IMG/VR virus record: IMGVR_UViG_3300050821_012250
Location: 9,382 to 73,381 of that record
DNA: 64,000 nucleotides
Reading direction: 5' to 3' (one strand)
From: a virus
The position numbers were made by a program, and so were the translations under genes. This document shows, piece by piece, positions 7,571-17,917 of this stretch. Below the pieces are notes generated by a model, which saw nothing but the letters and a program-made list of their open reading frames with translations, was not told the DNA's origin and ran no database searches. Numbering within the stretch: position 1 is the stretch's first letter; every line of letters starts with the position of its first letter.

Positions 7571-10500
7571 TCATTTTTCGGCCTTCTCAGCCTTCTCGGC
7601 CGCATGTTCTGCGGCGACTTCAGCCGCCTCTTTCGCATGGCCGCCCTGCACGTGCGAATCAATGATCTTGCCCGTCGCGCCGATCTCAGCCACTGCGATG
7701 GAGGCTTGCGCTTTGGTGTGCGTGTCCATCGCGCTCGTATGCGCCTTCAATGCCGCATCATTCGCCTTGACCTGTGTCTGCTGATCGACCTTATACTTCT
7801 CCAAGGCGATCCAGTTATTCTCAATATTGGTCTTCAGCTTCAATTCTTGCTGCAGACCTTGGATTTCCTGTTGCGCCTGTTGCAACTGCTGCTGCATGGC
7901 CGTGACGATACCCTGCGCCTGTTTCGGCAGCGATTTGATGGCCTTGTCGAGACCCTGCGGGGTGAGTGGCGCGAGGCGATCGGCCAGGTCTGATGCACCG
8001 GGCCAGTCCATGTTGCGCACCACGAGATCGGCGCCGACTTTAACGACCGGCTCGCCCAATGGTGTCCGCATGAGATCCAACATGGAATCGACCGCCTCCA
8101 TGCGCTTGGTCTCAAAACCGGGGCCGGTATCCATCACGACATCGTAACGGCCCACTGTGAGGTCGTTCTTGATCTTCGCGACCGCAGGATCTATCGGAGG
8201 CTGTCCGAGCAGCGGCAATTCTGCGCCTGCGCCGCCTTCATTCGGATCTTGCGGCTGATTAATGCCGACCACTTCCGGCACGCCATCCTCGCCGATGATG
8301 CGCTGCATGCGTGCTTCGCTGTAGTAGTACGGAATCAGGTCGAGAATGATGCGGCCGGTATGGCAGATCGACTTGGTTTGATTGTCGTAGTACTGGAAGT
8401 GGCCGATGTCACTCAACGCTTGGCGAGCACGTAAGGCTTTACCGGAAACGACCTGACCAGGCGCGTCCTGACCGGGCTCGTGCGGCATGCCGGCGAGGAT
8501 CATCAGATCCTTAAGGGCGGACTCTGCAGCCTGCACAAAGCCCGCTGGAACGGCCACCGGCTCAACACGCTGCGGCGGTGGCAATGGCGTTTTACTGCCA
8601 TCAGGTTGCTCGATAAAATCGGGTGTATAAGTCAGCTTCGAATAGGGAACTTGATTGGCATCATTCCATTCCGGGTGACCATCGAAATGATTTGTGGTTC
8701 CCACCCATGGAGCACGCGGAGCAAGGGCGATTACCTCTGTTTCGCAGGTATTGTGAGTAGGAATCATCGCCTCGCCACATAGGAATAGATGCGATGGTGA
8801 ATCGATAGCTAAACATTGCACTGGCACCGATGCGATACGTTCGACTTTGTCGATGCGATGTCGATGCGTGCGCCGAATCTGTTCTGGCCGTTTACCAAGT
8901 CCTGCAAGCTTTCTGGCCATACGAAATATCGGTTTTCGTGTGGTGAAGGAAAATTGATATGACTCGGAACATTTCGATTGATAGCCACCAGGCATTTCGC
9001 AAAGTCGCGCTGCGCGCTTAATGACTATAGCTTTTATGCCAATGGAACGAAGTAATTCAGCGAGTCCTTGTACAATTTGTAGATTTATATTTGTGAAACT
9101 GCATTGACCTGCAGCCGACACTGATCCATCAGTATCCATTAAACCCTGAATCAAAGCTAATCGTTGCTCATGCGATGCTCTCAAATATTTCTGAGGAATG
9201 TGCTTGCGACCTAGCAAGCCTTCTTCGATCAGTATTTGACGAATTCCATAGACGGAGAAAGTCGGGGCTTTTGTCTCATCTTTTTGCTTATGGCATGGGC
9301 CAACAGAATATCCACAGTCTGATAAATGTTTTCGCATCTCTTCAACATCATCTTTTCCGTGGCAGATGCTTGTGGAAACTGCTGTTCCATTTCCCAACCA
9401 GACGCCTAATAGATATGGATCTAACGGCAAATCGATCTTTGGCAAATCAAGCGGTGCTGTGACATAAATGTAATCCTTTCGCGGTTGTAGATCCTTTGTT
9501 AGAACGGACTTCCTTAGCCATTCAAAACTATGAGCATTGCGGGGTCCACGCTGCTCTACTGGCCATTCATGTTCACCACTAGCTATTACTTGGCTACCGT
9601 CGTCGAATGTGATGCGATAGCAATCCTTGTGGACGTAGATCGGACTTTTACCGAGTACTTTGCACGGTTTGCCATGCTCATTGAACAACATGTCGCCGGA
9701 CTTGACTTCGCCCATCGTGGTCCAGCCGGTTGGCGTCGGCAATGGTGTATCCAATGACAGATGACGCCAGTAATTCACCATGCGAGCAACATCAATCAAA
9801 TCCCGCACCATCCCCTTGCGCCGGATCTGCCCATTCAGATCCATCACGTTGCCTTCGCAACGCACGACTGGAATCCACTTCCCCGGCAGATCAACTGATT
9901 CAACAACCGTCGACCCGTTCAATCGATGCCATTCCAATTGGCGCCGATACGCGGGGCGGCGAATCTCATCGCCACGAAGATTCTTCGCGATCTGCTGCCC
10001 TTCCTTCATCTGACTCAGATAAACGGACTCGCCAGAAGTGAGTTTGACTAGCGTGTCTTTCTTCTTGACGATGCGGAAATATTCCGCGAGCCGGATTTCC
10101 TCTTTCGTGCGCCATTCAAGGCTCATATCGCCTTGGCCACCATCACGCCATTCGGTTTCAGCTTCCTCGGGATACTTCCGCTCAAATTCCGACCGCTTCA
10201 TGGTCTCGGTGATCAAACACCACTCAGCATCCTCACCCGCCGGCAAAATAGAGCCGGGGTCCATGTAGACCGTGAACGGATTGCGGATCGGCGCAATCTT
10301 CAATTCCTGCTCAAAGCTATCCTCCGCGATGTACTCCGACAGAATGCGCCAGTAACCCCAGCCCATCTTGACGGCGGACTCACCACCGATGTCGTAAGCC
10401 GTCGCCCCTTCCGAGCGTTGCTCGATGTGCCGGATCAGTCCGCCGATTTTCTGCGCAAGATCGACATCCGCGCCATCACCGACCGGATGGACTTTGATGC

Positions 10501-10768
10501 GCGGACGCTGCATGCGCATGTTGTTCACGACGCGCTTGACCATCGCACGCGTGTGATTGATGGTCAGCGTCGGGCGTCGGGAGACCTTGCGCTGATTGTA
10601 GATGTCCGTGGGCCATTGCTGGCCGTCTTCGAACTCGAGATCGATGACCGCGGCCTGGCGGTTCGCGCCTTCGGACTGTTCTGCGATGCGCAGGCGTTCG
10701 GAGGCTTCCTGGAAAATTTCGTCGTTGCTGGTTGCAGGCTGGTGAGAGCCTGACGGAATTACGGGCAA
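7571..10768 (-). CDS. P22-like portal protein containing an intein
   Basis: GQQW..RPTLTINH, GWGYWRI, PGKWIPVV, VSGKAL and DLTVGRYDV..GP motifs of P22-type portals; 1065 aa including a 338-aa insertion. Confidence 0.92.
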   Translation of the reverse strand: MPVIPSGSHQPATSNDEIFQEASERLRIAEQSEGANRQAAVIDLEFEDGQQWPTDIYNQRKVSRRPTLTINHTRAMVKRVVNNMRMQRPRIKVHPVGDGADVDLAQKIGGLIRHIEQRSEGATAYDIGGESAVKMGWGYWRILSEYIAEDSFEQELKIAPIRNPFTVYMDPGSILPAGEDAEWCLITETMKRSEFERKYPEEAETEWRDGGQGDMSLEWRTKEEIRLAEYFRIVKKKDTLVKLTSGESVYLSQMKEGQQIAKNLRGDEIRRPAYRRQLEWHRLNGSTVVESVDLPGKWIPVVRCEGNVMDLNGQIRRKGMVRDLIDVARMVNYWRHLSLDTPLPTPTGWTTMGEVKSGDMLFNEHGKPCKVLGKSPIYVHKDCYRITFDDGSQVIASGEHEWPVEQRGPRNAHSFEWLRKSVLTKDLQPRKDYIYVTAPLDLPKIDLPLDPYLLGVWLGNGTAVSTSICHGKDDVEEMRKHLSDCGYSVGPCHKQKDETKAPTFSVYGIRQILIEEGLLGRKHIPQKYLRASHEQRLALIQGLMDTDGSVSAAGQCSFTNINLQIVQGLAELLRSIGIKAIVIKRAARLCEMPGGYQSKCSESYQFSFTTRKPIFRMARKLAGLGKRPEQIRRTHRHRIDKVERIASVPVQCLAIDSPSHLFLCGEAMIPTHNTCETEVIALAPRAPWVGTTNHFDGHPEWNDANQVPYSKLTYTPDFIEQPDGSKTPLPPPQRVEPVAVPAGFVQAAESALKDLMILAGMPHEPGQDAPGQVVSGKALRARQALSDIGHFQYYDNQTKSICHTGRIILDLIPYYYSEARMQRIIGEDGVPEVVGINQPQDPNEGGAGAELPLLGQPPIDPAVAKIKNDLTVGRYDVVMDTGPGFETKRMEAVDSMLDLMRTPLGEPVVKVGADLVVRNMDWPGASDLADRLAPLTPQGLDKAIKSLPKQAQGIVTAMQQQLQQAQQEIQGLQQELKLKTNIENNWIALEKYKVDQQTQVKANDAALKAHTSAMDTHTKAQASIAVAEIGATGKIIDSHVQGGHAKEAAEVAAEHAAEKAEKAEK
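8750..9763 (-). mobile_element. Class 3 intein with LAGLIDADG endonuclease (338 aa)
   Basis: Starts HLSLDTPLPTPTGW and ends IPTHN/T; block B H-x-W, block F VQC, block G THN (WCT triad); LAGLIDADG-like motifs YLLGVWLGNG and LIQGLMDTDG; lower GC than the flanks. Confidence 0.9.
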
Positions 10769-10775
10769 TCAATTC

Positions 10776-11048
10776 TCACTTGTTGAACCAATCATTCGGC
10801 CTCGGCGACCGGCCCGTAGCCGTGCCGCCGTAGAACTGCGGGAAATACCAGGGGGGTACCTGTTGCGTCGTATGCAGCGCCAATTTATGGCGCGGTCCAC
10901 GCGGCGTATTCTGCGGTAACCCGATACCGCCTCCGTTGATCAGACACGCGTCATCGGCGGTCCAGTCGGTGGAATCCGCCGTAATCAGCGTGTTGTCGGC
11001 GGTCGGAATCGCGAGCGGAGTCGTCACCCGATGTAATCGATCAGGCAA
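10776..11048 (-). CDS. Hypothetical virion-associated protein
   Basis: TAD repeats (PTADNTLITADSTDWTAD); between tailspike-like gene and portal; start position uncertain. Confidence 0.45.
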   Translation of the reverse strand: MPDRLHRVTTPLAIPTADNTLITADSTDWTADDACLINGGGIGLPQNTPRGPRHKLALHTTQQVPPWYFPQFYGGTATGRSPRPNDWFNK

Positions 11049-12952
11049 TAAAAGTTGGTGAAAATGCTCGTGCGCGTGATCGTATCAAGCACTTTGATCG
11101 TGCGCGCCAGATCGGTTGTCATGACGAAATTCGGCGTCACGGTGTACATGGAACTCGCCGGCACCGGCGTTGCGGAATTGGAGCCCGAGACGGTGCCCAA
11201 TACGGTTGGCGTCGCTTCCTCGGTCTGAATCGAGTAATTGTAGGCACCTGAGCCGCCGCTCGCCACCGGCAACCACCAGCGGATGCGCGTGATCATGGCA
11301 TTCAGCGGCAACCGGATCGCAAAACTGCCGCCATTGGACGGCCAGTCGCTGTTGGCGCTGACGAAGGATACGACCTTGGTATCCGTCGAGCCGCCGACGC
11401 CGATATTCCAATTCACATCCGAGTCGACAACCTCATGCCAACCCACCGCGCTTGCATTGTTGCTGTTGCGACAGTTTTTGAATCGCGCGATGGGATAACC
11501 GCCCTTGTTGCCGGAATTCGTAACCGTGATGAAGTTGGCGGCGGAGTTATTCTGCAGCAGTGTGCAGGATTCATAGCGTACCGAAGACTGATAATTGTAG
11601 TTGTTGCTGTTGTTGTCGTAGTTATGAACGCCAGATAGCTGACTATCGCGGAACGTAATGATTGGTCCCGGTTGATTCACGAAATTGAAATTGCACAGCA
11701 CATCGCTCGGCGAGCGACTGCCGACCTGCGAGGACTGATCCAGATTCATGAACGTGATGTTGCCGTTGTTCCAATTGGAATTCATCAGCAACGCGAAGTC
11801 CGTCGCATGTTCAACGCGCAGTCCGTTCACGCGAAACTGTTGGACACCCTGCGCGTTCGGCGTGCCCAGCAGATTGAACAGATAAGTCGTCGAGGTTGGT
11901 CCGAAGGCTGAGACATCGCAATCGTCAATATTGAACTGGCCGCCATAATAGGAATAGATCCAGGGCGCCTTGGTCGACCAGAACTTGCATTTGGTGAACC
12001 AGAAGTTCAGGAATTGATCGGTACCATTGGCGCCCACGGCCGTACCGTTCGCATTCGGGACCAGCGGCGATCCCATGAAGCTTGTCGCGATCTGAATATA
12101 ACTGCCCGTCGCGGCGACAATGAAATACGTCGTATTGGCCACAATATTGCCGACCGTCGTCCCGAAAGTCAGCGTCTGACCGACCGCGAAACCGCCATTG
12201 ACGTTCGTAAAAGCGAGCTGTGAATTCGATGCCGTGACCGTGAAAGTCTGCGACTGCGGCAAATACATCCAATTGGCCAGTCCATTCGGACAGGTGACGA
12301 AACACCGATCGAAACGCCATTCACTGTTATTGTTTCCGCCCGAGAGCAGGCAGATATTCTGCCAGGTTCCTCCCCATCCGCAATCGGAGAAGTTGAAATA
12401 CTGGATGTTGGACAGTCCGCCCTGCTCAGAGGACTGATAGAAGTCACTCGTCGCGGAATTGCCGTAGAAGAAAATGCCTTCCCACTGCACATTCTGGATC
12501 AGGCGGTTGTAGCAGAGCGGTCCCGGCGTCGCGGGCGAGTAATTGATGATCGTCAGGCTCTGCCCCGCACCGACGAACTTCAAACCATCCAGTTTCAACG
12601 TGGGGCCATTGGTGAGCCCCGGCATCATCGCGTAGGCCTGATTGATATAGTACACACCAGGACCGAAGGCGACCACCGCATAGGTGCCATACGCCGAGCC
12701 GCCGGGCTGCAACGTCGGATTCGAGACGGCCCTTGAATAGGCGATGCTCAGATTGAGCGTATCCAGAAAGCCGGTCTGATCGCCGGTGGGCGATAGAATC
12801 GAGCCCTGCAGCCCCACGAAAGCCTGCGCGCTGCCAATCGCAGTGTTGAGCGCGTTGAAGTTGAAGTTGCATTTCGAGAATGCAGCTTGAATCGGATCGC
12901 CCGTGGTGTCATTCGCGAAAGTCCCGATGTTGATGACTTCGAGGGCGGTCAT
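11024..12952 (-). CDS. Tailspike/fibre-like protein with a probable right-handed beta-helix
   Basis: N-terminal INIGT.AND.TGDP...AF.K.N attachment motif; V.FGPGVY and G.G...TII pectate-lyase-like start; Asn/Gly-rich. Confidence 0.7.
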   Translation of the reverse strand: MTALEVINIGTFANDTTGDPIQAAFSKCNFNFNALNTAIGSAQAFVGLQGSILSPTGDQTGFLDTLNLSIAYSRAVSNPTLQPGGSAYGTYAVVAFGPGVYYINQAYAMMPGLTNGPTLKLDGLKFVGAGQSLTIINYSPATPGPLCYNRLIQNVQWEGIFFYGNSATSDFYQSSEQGGLSNIQYFNFSDCGWGGTWQNICLLSGGNNNSEWRFDRCFVTCPNGLANWMYLPQSQTFTVTASNSQLAFTNVNGGFAVGQTLTFGTTVGNIVANTTYFIVAATGSYIQIATSFMGSPLVPNANGTAVGANGTDQFLNFWFTKCKFWSTKAPWIYSYYGGQFNIDDCDVSAFGPTSTTYLFNLLGTPNAQGVQQFRVNGLRVEHATDFALLMNSNWNNGNITFMNLDQSSQVGSRSPSDVLCNFNFVNQPGPIITFRDSQLSGVHNYDNNSNNYNYQSSVRYESCTLLQNNSAANFITVTNSGNKGGYPIARFKNCRNSNNASAVGWHEVVDSDVNWNIGVGGSTDTKVVSFVSANSDWPSNGGSFAIRLPLNAMITRIRWWLPVASGGSGAYNYSIQTEEATPTVLGTVSGSNSATPVPASSMYTVTPNFVMTTDLARTIKVLDTITRTSIFTNFYCLIDYIG

Positions 12953-13142
12953 TTTGGCTCACAGCCTGCGCGGTAAGTCCATTCGATGGATTCGCGAACA
13001 TGTTTGCAGCTTCGGCACTCAACCGTGCCGTCGTGATGCAGGAAGAACAACTGACTGCTGCACGGGCATTCAAAGACCCATTCCGGGCGCTTGATCTGGA
13101 AGTCGTGCTCGACTACATCGCCCAAGAAGGTCTCCTGAAATG

Positions 13143-13166
13143 AAAACGCCCCAGTCAAGGGGCGTT
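13143..13166 (-). terminator. Rho-independent terminator
   Basis: AACGCCCC-TTGACT-GGGGCGTT hairpin with a short T run. Confidence 0.7.
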
Positions 13167-13170
13167 ACGT

Positions 13171-13371
13171 TGAATGAACGGGATATCTCGGGCCAGCGCG
13201 GTCGCCTGCCTCCCGTGGGGCGCGCGTGATTCAAAAATAATCGCCCGATACTCGCCTCGGTGCTGGGAAATAGCTCATTTGACAAGGGTGACGGACTGGC
13301 AGGCGTTGCCTATCCTTGGTACCTCAGATCCAGTCCGCTCCGGATTTACCTCAATCAAACCAATTCATTCA
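13171..13371 (-). ncRNA. Candidate structured ncRNA (family unknown)
   Basis: Closing helix UGAAUGAA/UUCAUUCA; internal helices GCGGACUGG/CCAGUCCGU, UCGGGC/GCCCGA, AGGC/GCCU, GAUU/AAUC and GCGCG/CGCGC; directly followed by a terminator. Confidence 0.5.
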
Positions 13372-13544
13372 TTTGGACGCCCGATCGGCTTCGCATTTGG
13401 GAAATGCTCCTTGAGTAGCTTCCTTCCCTGCGGATCATCCAGCTTTTCAGGATAGTCCTGCTTCAGCCCCGAGCACATCTCGCAATCCTCAGCGCCCACT
13501 TCAGGATCATCGATCTGGAAATTACACCAGATATGATGCTTCAT
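13365..13544 (-). CDS. Small Cys/His protein (59 aa, not in the ORF track)
   Basis: MKHHIWCNFQ...DCEMCSGLK...; ATGA overlap with the upstream gene's stop. Confidence 0.5.
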   Translation of the reverse strand: MKHHIWCNFQIDDPEVGAEDCEMCSGLKQDYPEKLDDPQGRKLLKEHFPNAKPIGRPNE

Positions 13545-13756
13545 CGCTGAGATCCGGGCCAGCGGTCGAAAGCAGCCCGATATTGGTGCGCTTGTTCCGT
13601 TGGCTTATTTACGAGTGAAGTGGGGTTTGCAAAAGCCATCTTCTCCCTCAATATCTTCAAATCCTCCAACAGCTGAGCGTATTTCGCTTCCAGATCGACA
13701 ATGCGTTTCTGGTGAGATTGAAGCTTTTGCTCGAGCTGCTGGAGGGGGTTCAAGGG

Positions 13757-14320
13757 CTATTCCGGCGATGGACCATTGATGCCGCCTGCGAGGCCCGCAG
13801 ACGCATCAACAGCAGACGGCACTTCAAGGCCAGCTACTCCGTTGGCCTGATGCAAAGCCTGATTCAGATCGCCGTTTGGGGGCCATGCATTCTGAAATGC
13901 CGATCCTGCCAACAGTTCCGCGCTAGTTGCCTGAAACTGATACCCCGTGGTATTCGGGACATTTTCGGGCTGCGCGGCGCTCAGCGTGACTTCCGGCACA
14001 ACCACCGGTTGAGGCAATTTCTCGCCCGTGATGCCGATCCATTGCCGGAAGGCCGCGACCGTTTCGGGGCCGACAAACAACAGCAGATTTCCATCGTCAG
14101 TGACGATAAAGTCGTTCGCCTCAACCGTTTCGCCATCGGTGTAGCCATCATGCATGACGGTTTTCACCGTGTACCGATAGAGTGATTGAACAGGCTCGGG
14201 CGCAGATTCAACGACGGGAGCCGCATTCTTCCGCGGCCTTCCCGGCTTGCGCTTCGCAGGCTCGGAAAATTCAAAGGATTCGGCGACCTTGCGCGGTCGG
14301 CCAGGTTTACGTTTCGCCAT
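13757..14320 (-). CDS. AT-hook-containing hypothetical protein
   Basis: Two KRKPGRPRK AT-hook motifs at the N-terminus. Confidence 0.6.
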   Translation of the reverse strand: MAKRKPGRPRKVAESFEFSEPAKRKPGRPRKNAAPVVESAPEPVQSLYRYTVKTVMHDGYTDGETVEANDFIVTDDGNLLLFVGPETVAAFRQWIGITGEKLPQPVVVPEVTLSAAQPENVPNTTGYQFQATSAELLAGSAFQNAWPPNGDLNQALHQANGVAGLEVPSAVDASAGLAGGINGPSPE

Positions 14321-15277
14321 TTTATTTACTCGACAGTGGTGACAGGAAAGGGAATTTTAGCAGCAATTATTAGGCCGCTTCGCGCTTTTTCTTTTTGGCT
14401 TCTCTATAAGAATTGTAAGCCACAGCCGCGCGCTGCTTTTGATCGGGAAAATCCTTGTTGGCTTTCTTCGATCCCATGTATTTCGAAATAAACGCCGACA
14501 GTTTTTCTCCTTTTTGAACTTCGGGCACGCCTATTCTCCCCTCCGCTGCCCGCGCCATCCGCGCACATTGGTCGCATCGCCGCCATCGGGAATCGACGCG
14601 CGAGCTCCATTCGGGCCACCGACCTTGACGGCCGGCTCGGCGCGTTGCGGCTGAGTGCCGGGAACGACATCGATCTGATTGACCGGCGGTGGCCGATTGC
14701 CGAGGACCTGAGCGCAGGTTTCGGCGCCGGTCGACTTGGTCGGCATCGGCCGCTGAAAGCCGGAGGAGGTGTTTTCGCGGTCGTAGGGGGTGCCGGCGAC
14801 GCCGATCAGCATGGGAGTCTCCAGGATTGCACGGCACGACTCAGGACGGCGCGGCGTGCGAGTTTGCGCTGGGCAGCGCGTGAAATAATGTCGGTTCGGG
14901 GACGAGGGCGCGGCTGAAAAGGTCGCGGAATCATCGGAATGCTGGACGGCCCATCAAGCCTAAGTGCATGACGCGCTTGAACTTCGTCTGCCAACTCTTC
15001 GATTTCGTGTTCCACGGGCACGTTTCACAAACCGCCGAATTACTCCTTCAGCGTCCCGCGAATCACCGACTTGTCCGGATGCTCTTCCGTCATCGTAAAA
15101 CGTACGCCACCGGACTCCGCTCGCCCGGGCGAACCCACCTGAAGGGCACCTTCCTGCTCAATATCGGCCACGGTCTCGGAGCCGCGTCCGCCCTTGGTAT
15201 TGTTGGACAGCGCGGCCGACTCGGCATTCTCGTTCGGGGTCATTCGCATGGGAAAATCCTTTGAATTGAGCGCCCGC

Positions 15278-15745
15278 TCAGGACGCAGAGACAGTTTTGC
15301 ACTCTATCCGACGTGTACTCTGAATCTTCTTTCGGCGCAAGGGCTTCGGTCGCGTTCCAAAGGCCGAAAGTCCCGGATACCGCCGTAGCAGTTCTGCGCG
15401 AGCTCGTGTCACACGCATGCGTAAGGCACTGACAGATAAGCCTAAAATGCTCGCTTTCTCATCTGGCGACCAATAGCCGCCGCTGTCTTTCATTTGTACG
15501 GCATACCACACAAAAAGGGCGGACTGATGCGTCAGCGGAAGCGTTAATTGACAGCAGTGGATGAAATAGACCGATTTCGACATGTCGGCGCAGAGAATTC
15601 GCGAACCTGGCGGCTGATCGGAGAAAATCATGCTGAAGGCTGCTTGCTGCGGTAATACAGCGTCCTCGCAATGACGTTCCTGCCACGCGCCCCAGTCGCG
15701 CAGAAGGCTGTCCAGGTGGTCGTATTCCGCTGAGGTATGGGCCAT
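15278..15745 (-). CDS. Antiterminator Q-like/late regulator
   Basis: L..LL.DWGAW N-terminus and C-terminal HTH (KASILGLSVSALRMRVTRAR); upstream of late genes. Confidence 0.6.
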   Translation of the reverse strand: MAHTSAEYDHLDSLLRDWGAWQERHCEDAVLPQQAAFSMIFSDQPPGSRILCADMSKSVYFIHCCQLTLPLTHQSALFVWYAVQMKDSGGYWSPDEKASILGLSVSALRMRVTRARAELLRRYPGLSAFGTRPKPLRRKKIQSTRRIECKTVSAS

Positions 15746-15751
15746 AGCGCC

Positions 15752-16165
15752 TCAGCTCGTTGCCAGCGTCAGCGCCTCAATCGTCACCCCTGTCGGCGGA
15801 TCCGGGATTGCCGCCGTAGCGGGGATGACCTTGGTTCCGACCGGTGACAGCGCCGAGCAACCGGATGAATCACAGGTCGTGACATACACATACACCGTCT
15901 GCCCCGGCAGCGCCGGAAAATTCCCCGCCGCGCTGGTTTGTCCGGGTGCGGCGGTAAACGTCGGCGTCGTCGGTGCGACCGTCAACGGCGATGTACTGGC
16001 ATAGACATTGGACACCGTGACCGCGTTCACGCCCGTAAGCGGCTGCGCGCCGGAGGCGGAGGTTGTGGTCGTCGGCGCAGTCCAGGAGACGCTGAGATAA
16101 TAGGCGGTCTGGGCGTGAGCGGGGCTCAAGGCGGCGAGGGAAAGCAGGGCGACTAGTTTTTTCAC
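15752..16165 (-). CDS. Secreted fibronectin type III-like protein
   Basis: Signal peptide ending AHA; LSVSWTAP, Y.YVT..D.SG.SA.S and P.PPTGV motifs. Confidence 0.6.
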   Translation of the reverse strand: MKKLVALLSLAALSPAHAQTAYYLSVSWTAPTTTTSASGAQPLTGVNAVTVSNVYASTSPLTVAPTTPTFTAAPGQTSAAGNFPALPGQTVYVYVTTCDSSGCSALSPVGTKVIPATAAIPDPPTGVTIEALTLATS

Positions 16166-17110
16166 GACAACTCCTCAAATATTTGAAACCGCGCAGTATA
16201 GCGCTCACGACGGCGATCCAATCGGGCGATCAGCCGTTCGATGGCGCAAATCCGACACGAACTCGACGGATGGCTTTCATACGGCCGATGTTTTCTCATC
16301 GTCCCCATGCCCGCGCCACAATGGCAATTGCCGAAATCACGGCCGTGGGATTCCCATTCCCGACGCCATCGCTTTACCATCATCGGCCGATCCAGTTGAA
16401 ACCGCTGCACATTCGCTCCCTTTGCTGCGGGCAGGATCGCCCGGAGTCATGGAGCGCGGATGCTCGCCACAGATGGAGCATTTAAAAACGTCATGGGCAA
16501 TGACATAGACCTCGAAGCCGAACTCACAGAACGGGCAGGCGGCCGAGCCGGCGTTGATGGCTTTCTCGCGGCGGTCGCGGAGGAGTTCTTCGATCGTCAT
16601 GACCTGATGAATTCCTTAAGATTGCGGCGTAAATTATCAACGTCGTCGACTTGCTTACCGAGCTTTTCCGCCTCCTCGTACCAATGGGTCCAGTTTTTCT
16701 TGGCAGATGCCAGTTGTGAAACGAGAACGGACTTGTCTGCTTCTAATTGCTTTATGATTGCCATCAATTCATCGGCACGCGCAGAAGGATGGCTGCTCAA
16801 TTTGTTCGTCAACGCCGCGATCGTCTCGCGAGCCGCAGCCAATTCCACTTCCAATCCGGCAATCTCTCGTTTGTAACACGGAGGAGCAACTTTACGCGCG
16901 GCCTTCTTTTTCATTTTTCCTCCACTTCGGTCGGTACATCGCGCCACTCGAAGGTTTCCCGAGTGAACAACTTTGATATCGGATCATAATGTCTGATTCG
17001 ACATCGCTGTTGGAGCGCTCTCGTGCGAACCGCCAGACCACTCATCGGACCCGCGCTTTCTCGATCTAGAAAGCGAAGTTGTGCCATTGGTTCTACTTCG
17101 AAAATAGCTT

Positions 17111-17917
17111 TCATTTCGCGCGTATCACCATGCCGATCAGATCATTTGATAGCATTTCATGCCGTTCAACCCTTCTATCGGTCCAAGTCTCTTCGCTGTT
17201 TTCAGCTGTGAGCCACAGTGGGGACTCTTCCAATACCGCAACAATATCTTCCTCACGCATCACCAACAATTCCTCGCCGTCTATCTGAATCTGAGTACCG
17301 AGACTGAACCAGATGCGATCTCCGGCTTTCACATCGAGCGGAACGACTGCGCCGCTTTCGAGAAGCTTGCCGGGACCGATTGCAATGATCTCGCCACGCA
17401 AATAAGGCTCGCGCTCCGTATCTACAATCTGGATGCCACCGCGCGAAACGGTCTCGCGTTCCAAGCGCCTCACAATCACGCGATCGTGTAGGGGGCGACT
17501 CTCGCCAGTTTCGGCATCGAATACAATCGCCACATCGGCTTCACGTGTCGAAATGATTACGTCTTTGCCGCCCCAGAGCACACGAGTGAACAAATATCCG
17601 TTTAATTCGAGGCCGCCAAGATCGACGACATCACCGGGCTGAATATCACACGGGGTGAAGTGTTTTGAGTCCCACGACTTCGTGCGCTTGCCTTTCGGCC
17701 CGTCATATCGCTTCTGGAAATGACCGGGCCCGACAGCCAATACTTTCCCGCGAACTGGCTGACCCCGATAAACCAGCTCCATCATCGTCCCATGATCGAT
17801 ATCCAGCGGCTCAACGACGATATGATCGCGCAGACAGCGGATGGTTTCGTCTTCGCGGACAAAGGTTAACAGGGCGTTGGACACGCGGACGCCGCGATCG
17901 ATGAGGGGTTGGTTCAC
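17111..17917 (-). CDS. groES: Tandem (two-domain) GroES/Cpn10 co-chaperonin
   Basis: Domain 1: CLRDHIVVEP...GKVLAVGPG...IQPGDVV...READV. Domain 2: RPLHDRVIVRR..E.VSRGGI...GEIIAIGPG....G...PLDVKAGDRI.F...DGEELLVMREEDIVAV. Confidence 0.85.
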   Translation of the reverse strand: MNQPLIDRGVRVSNALLTFVREDETIRCLRDHIVVEPLDIDHGTMMELVYRGQPVRGKVLAVGPGHFQKRYDGPKGKRTKSWDSKHFTPCDIQPGDVVDLGGLELNGYLFTRVLWGGKDVIISTREADVAIVFDAETGESRPLHDRVIVRRLERETVSRGGIQIVDTEREPYLRGEIIAIGPGKLLESGAVVPLDVKAGDRIWFSLGTQIQIDGEELLVMREEDIVAVLEESPLWLTAENSEETWTDRRVERHEMLSNDLIGMVIRAK

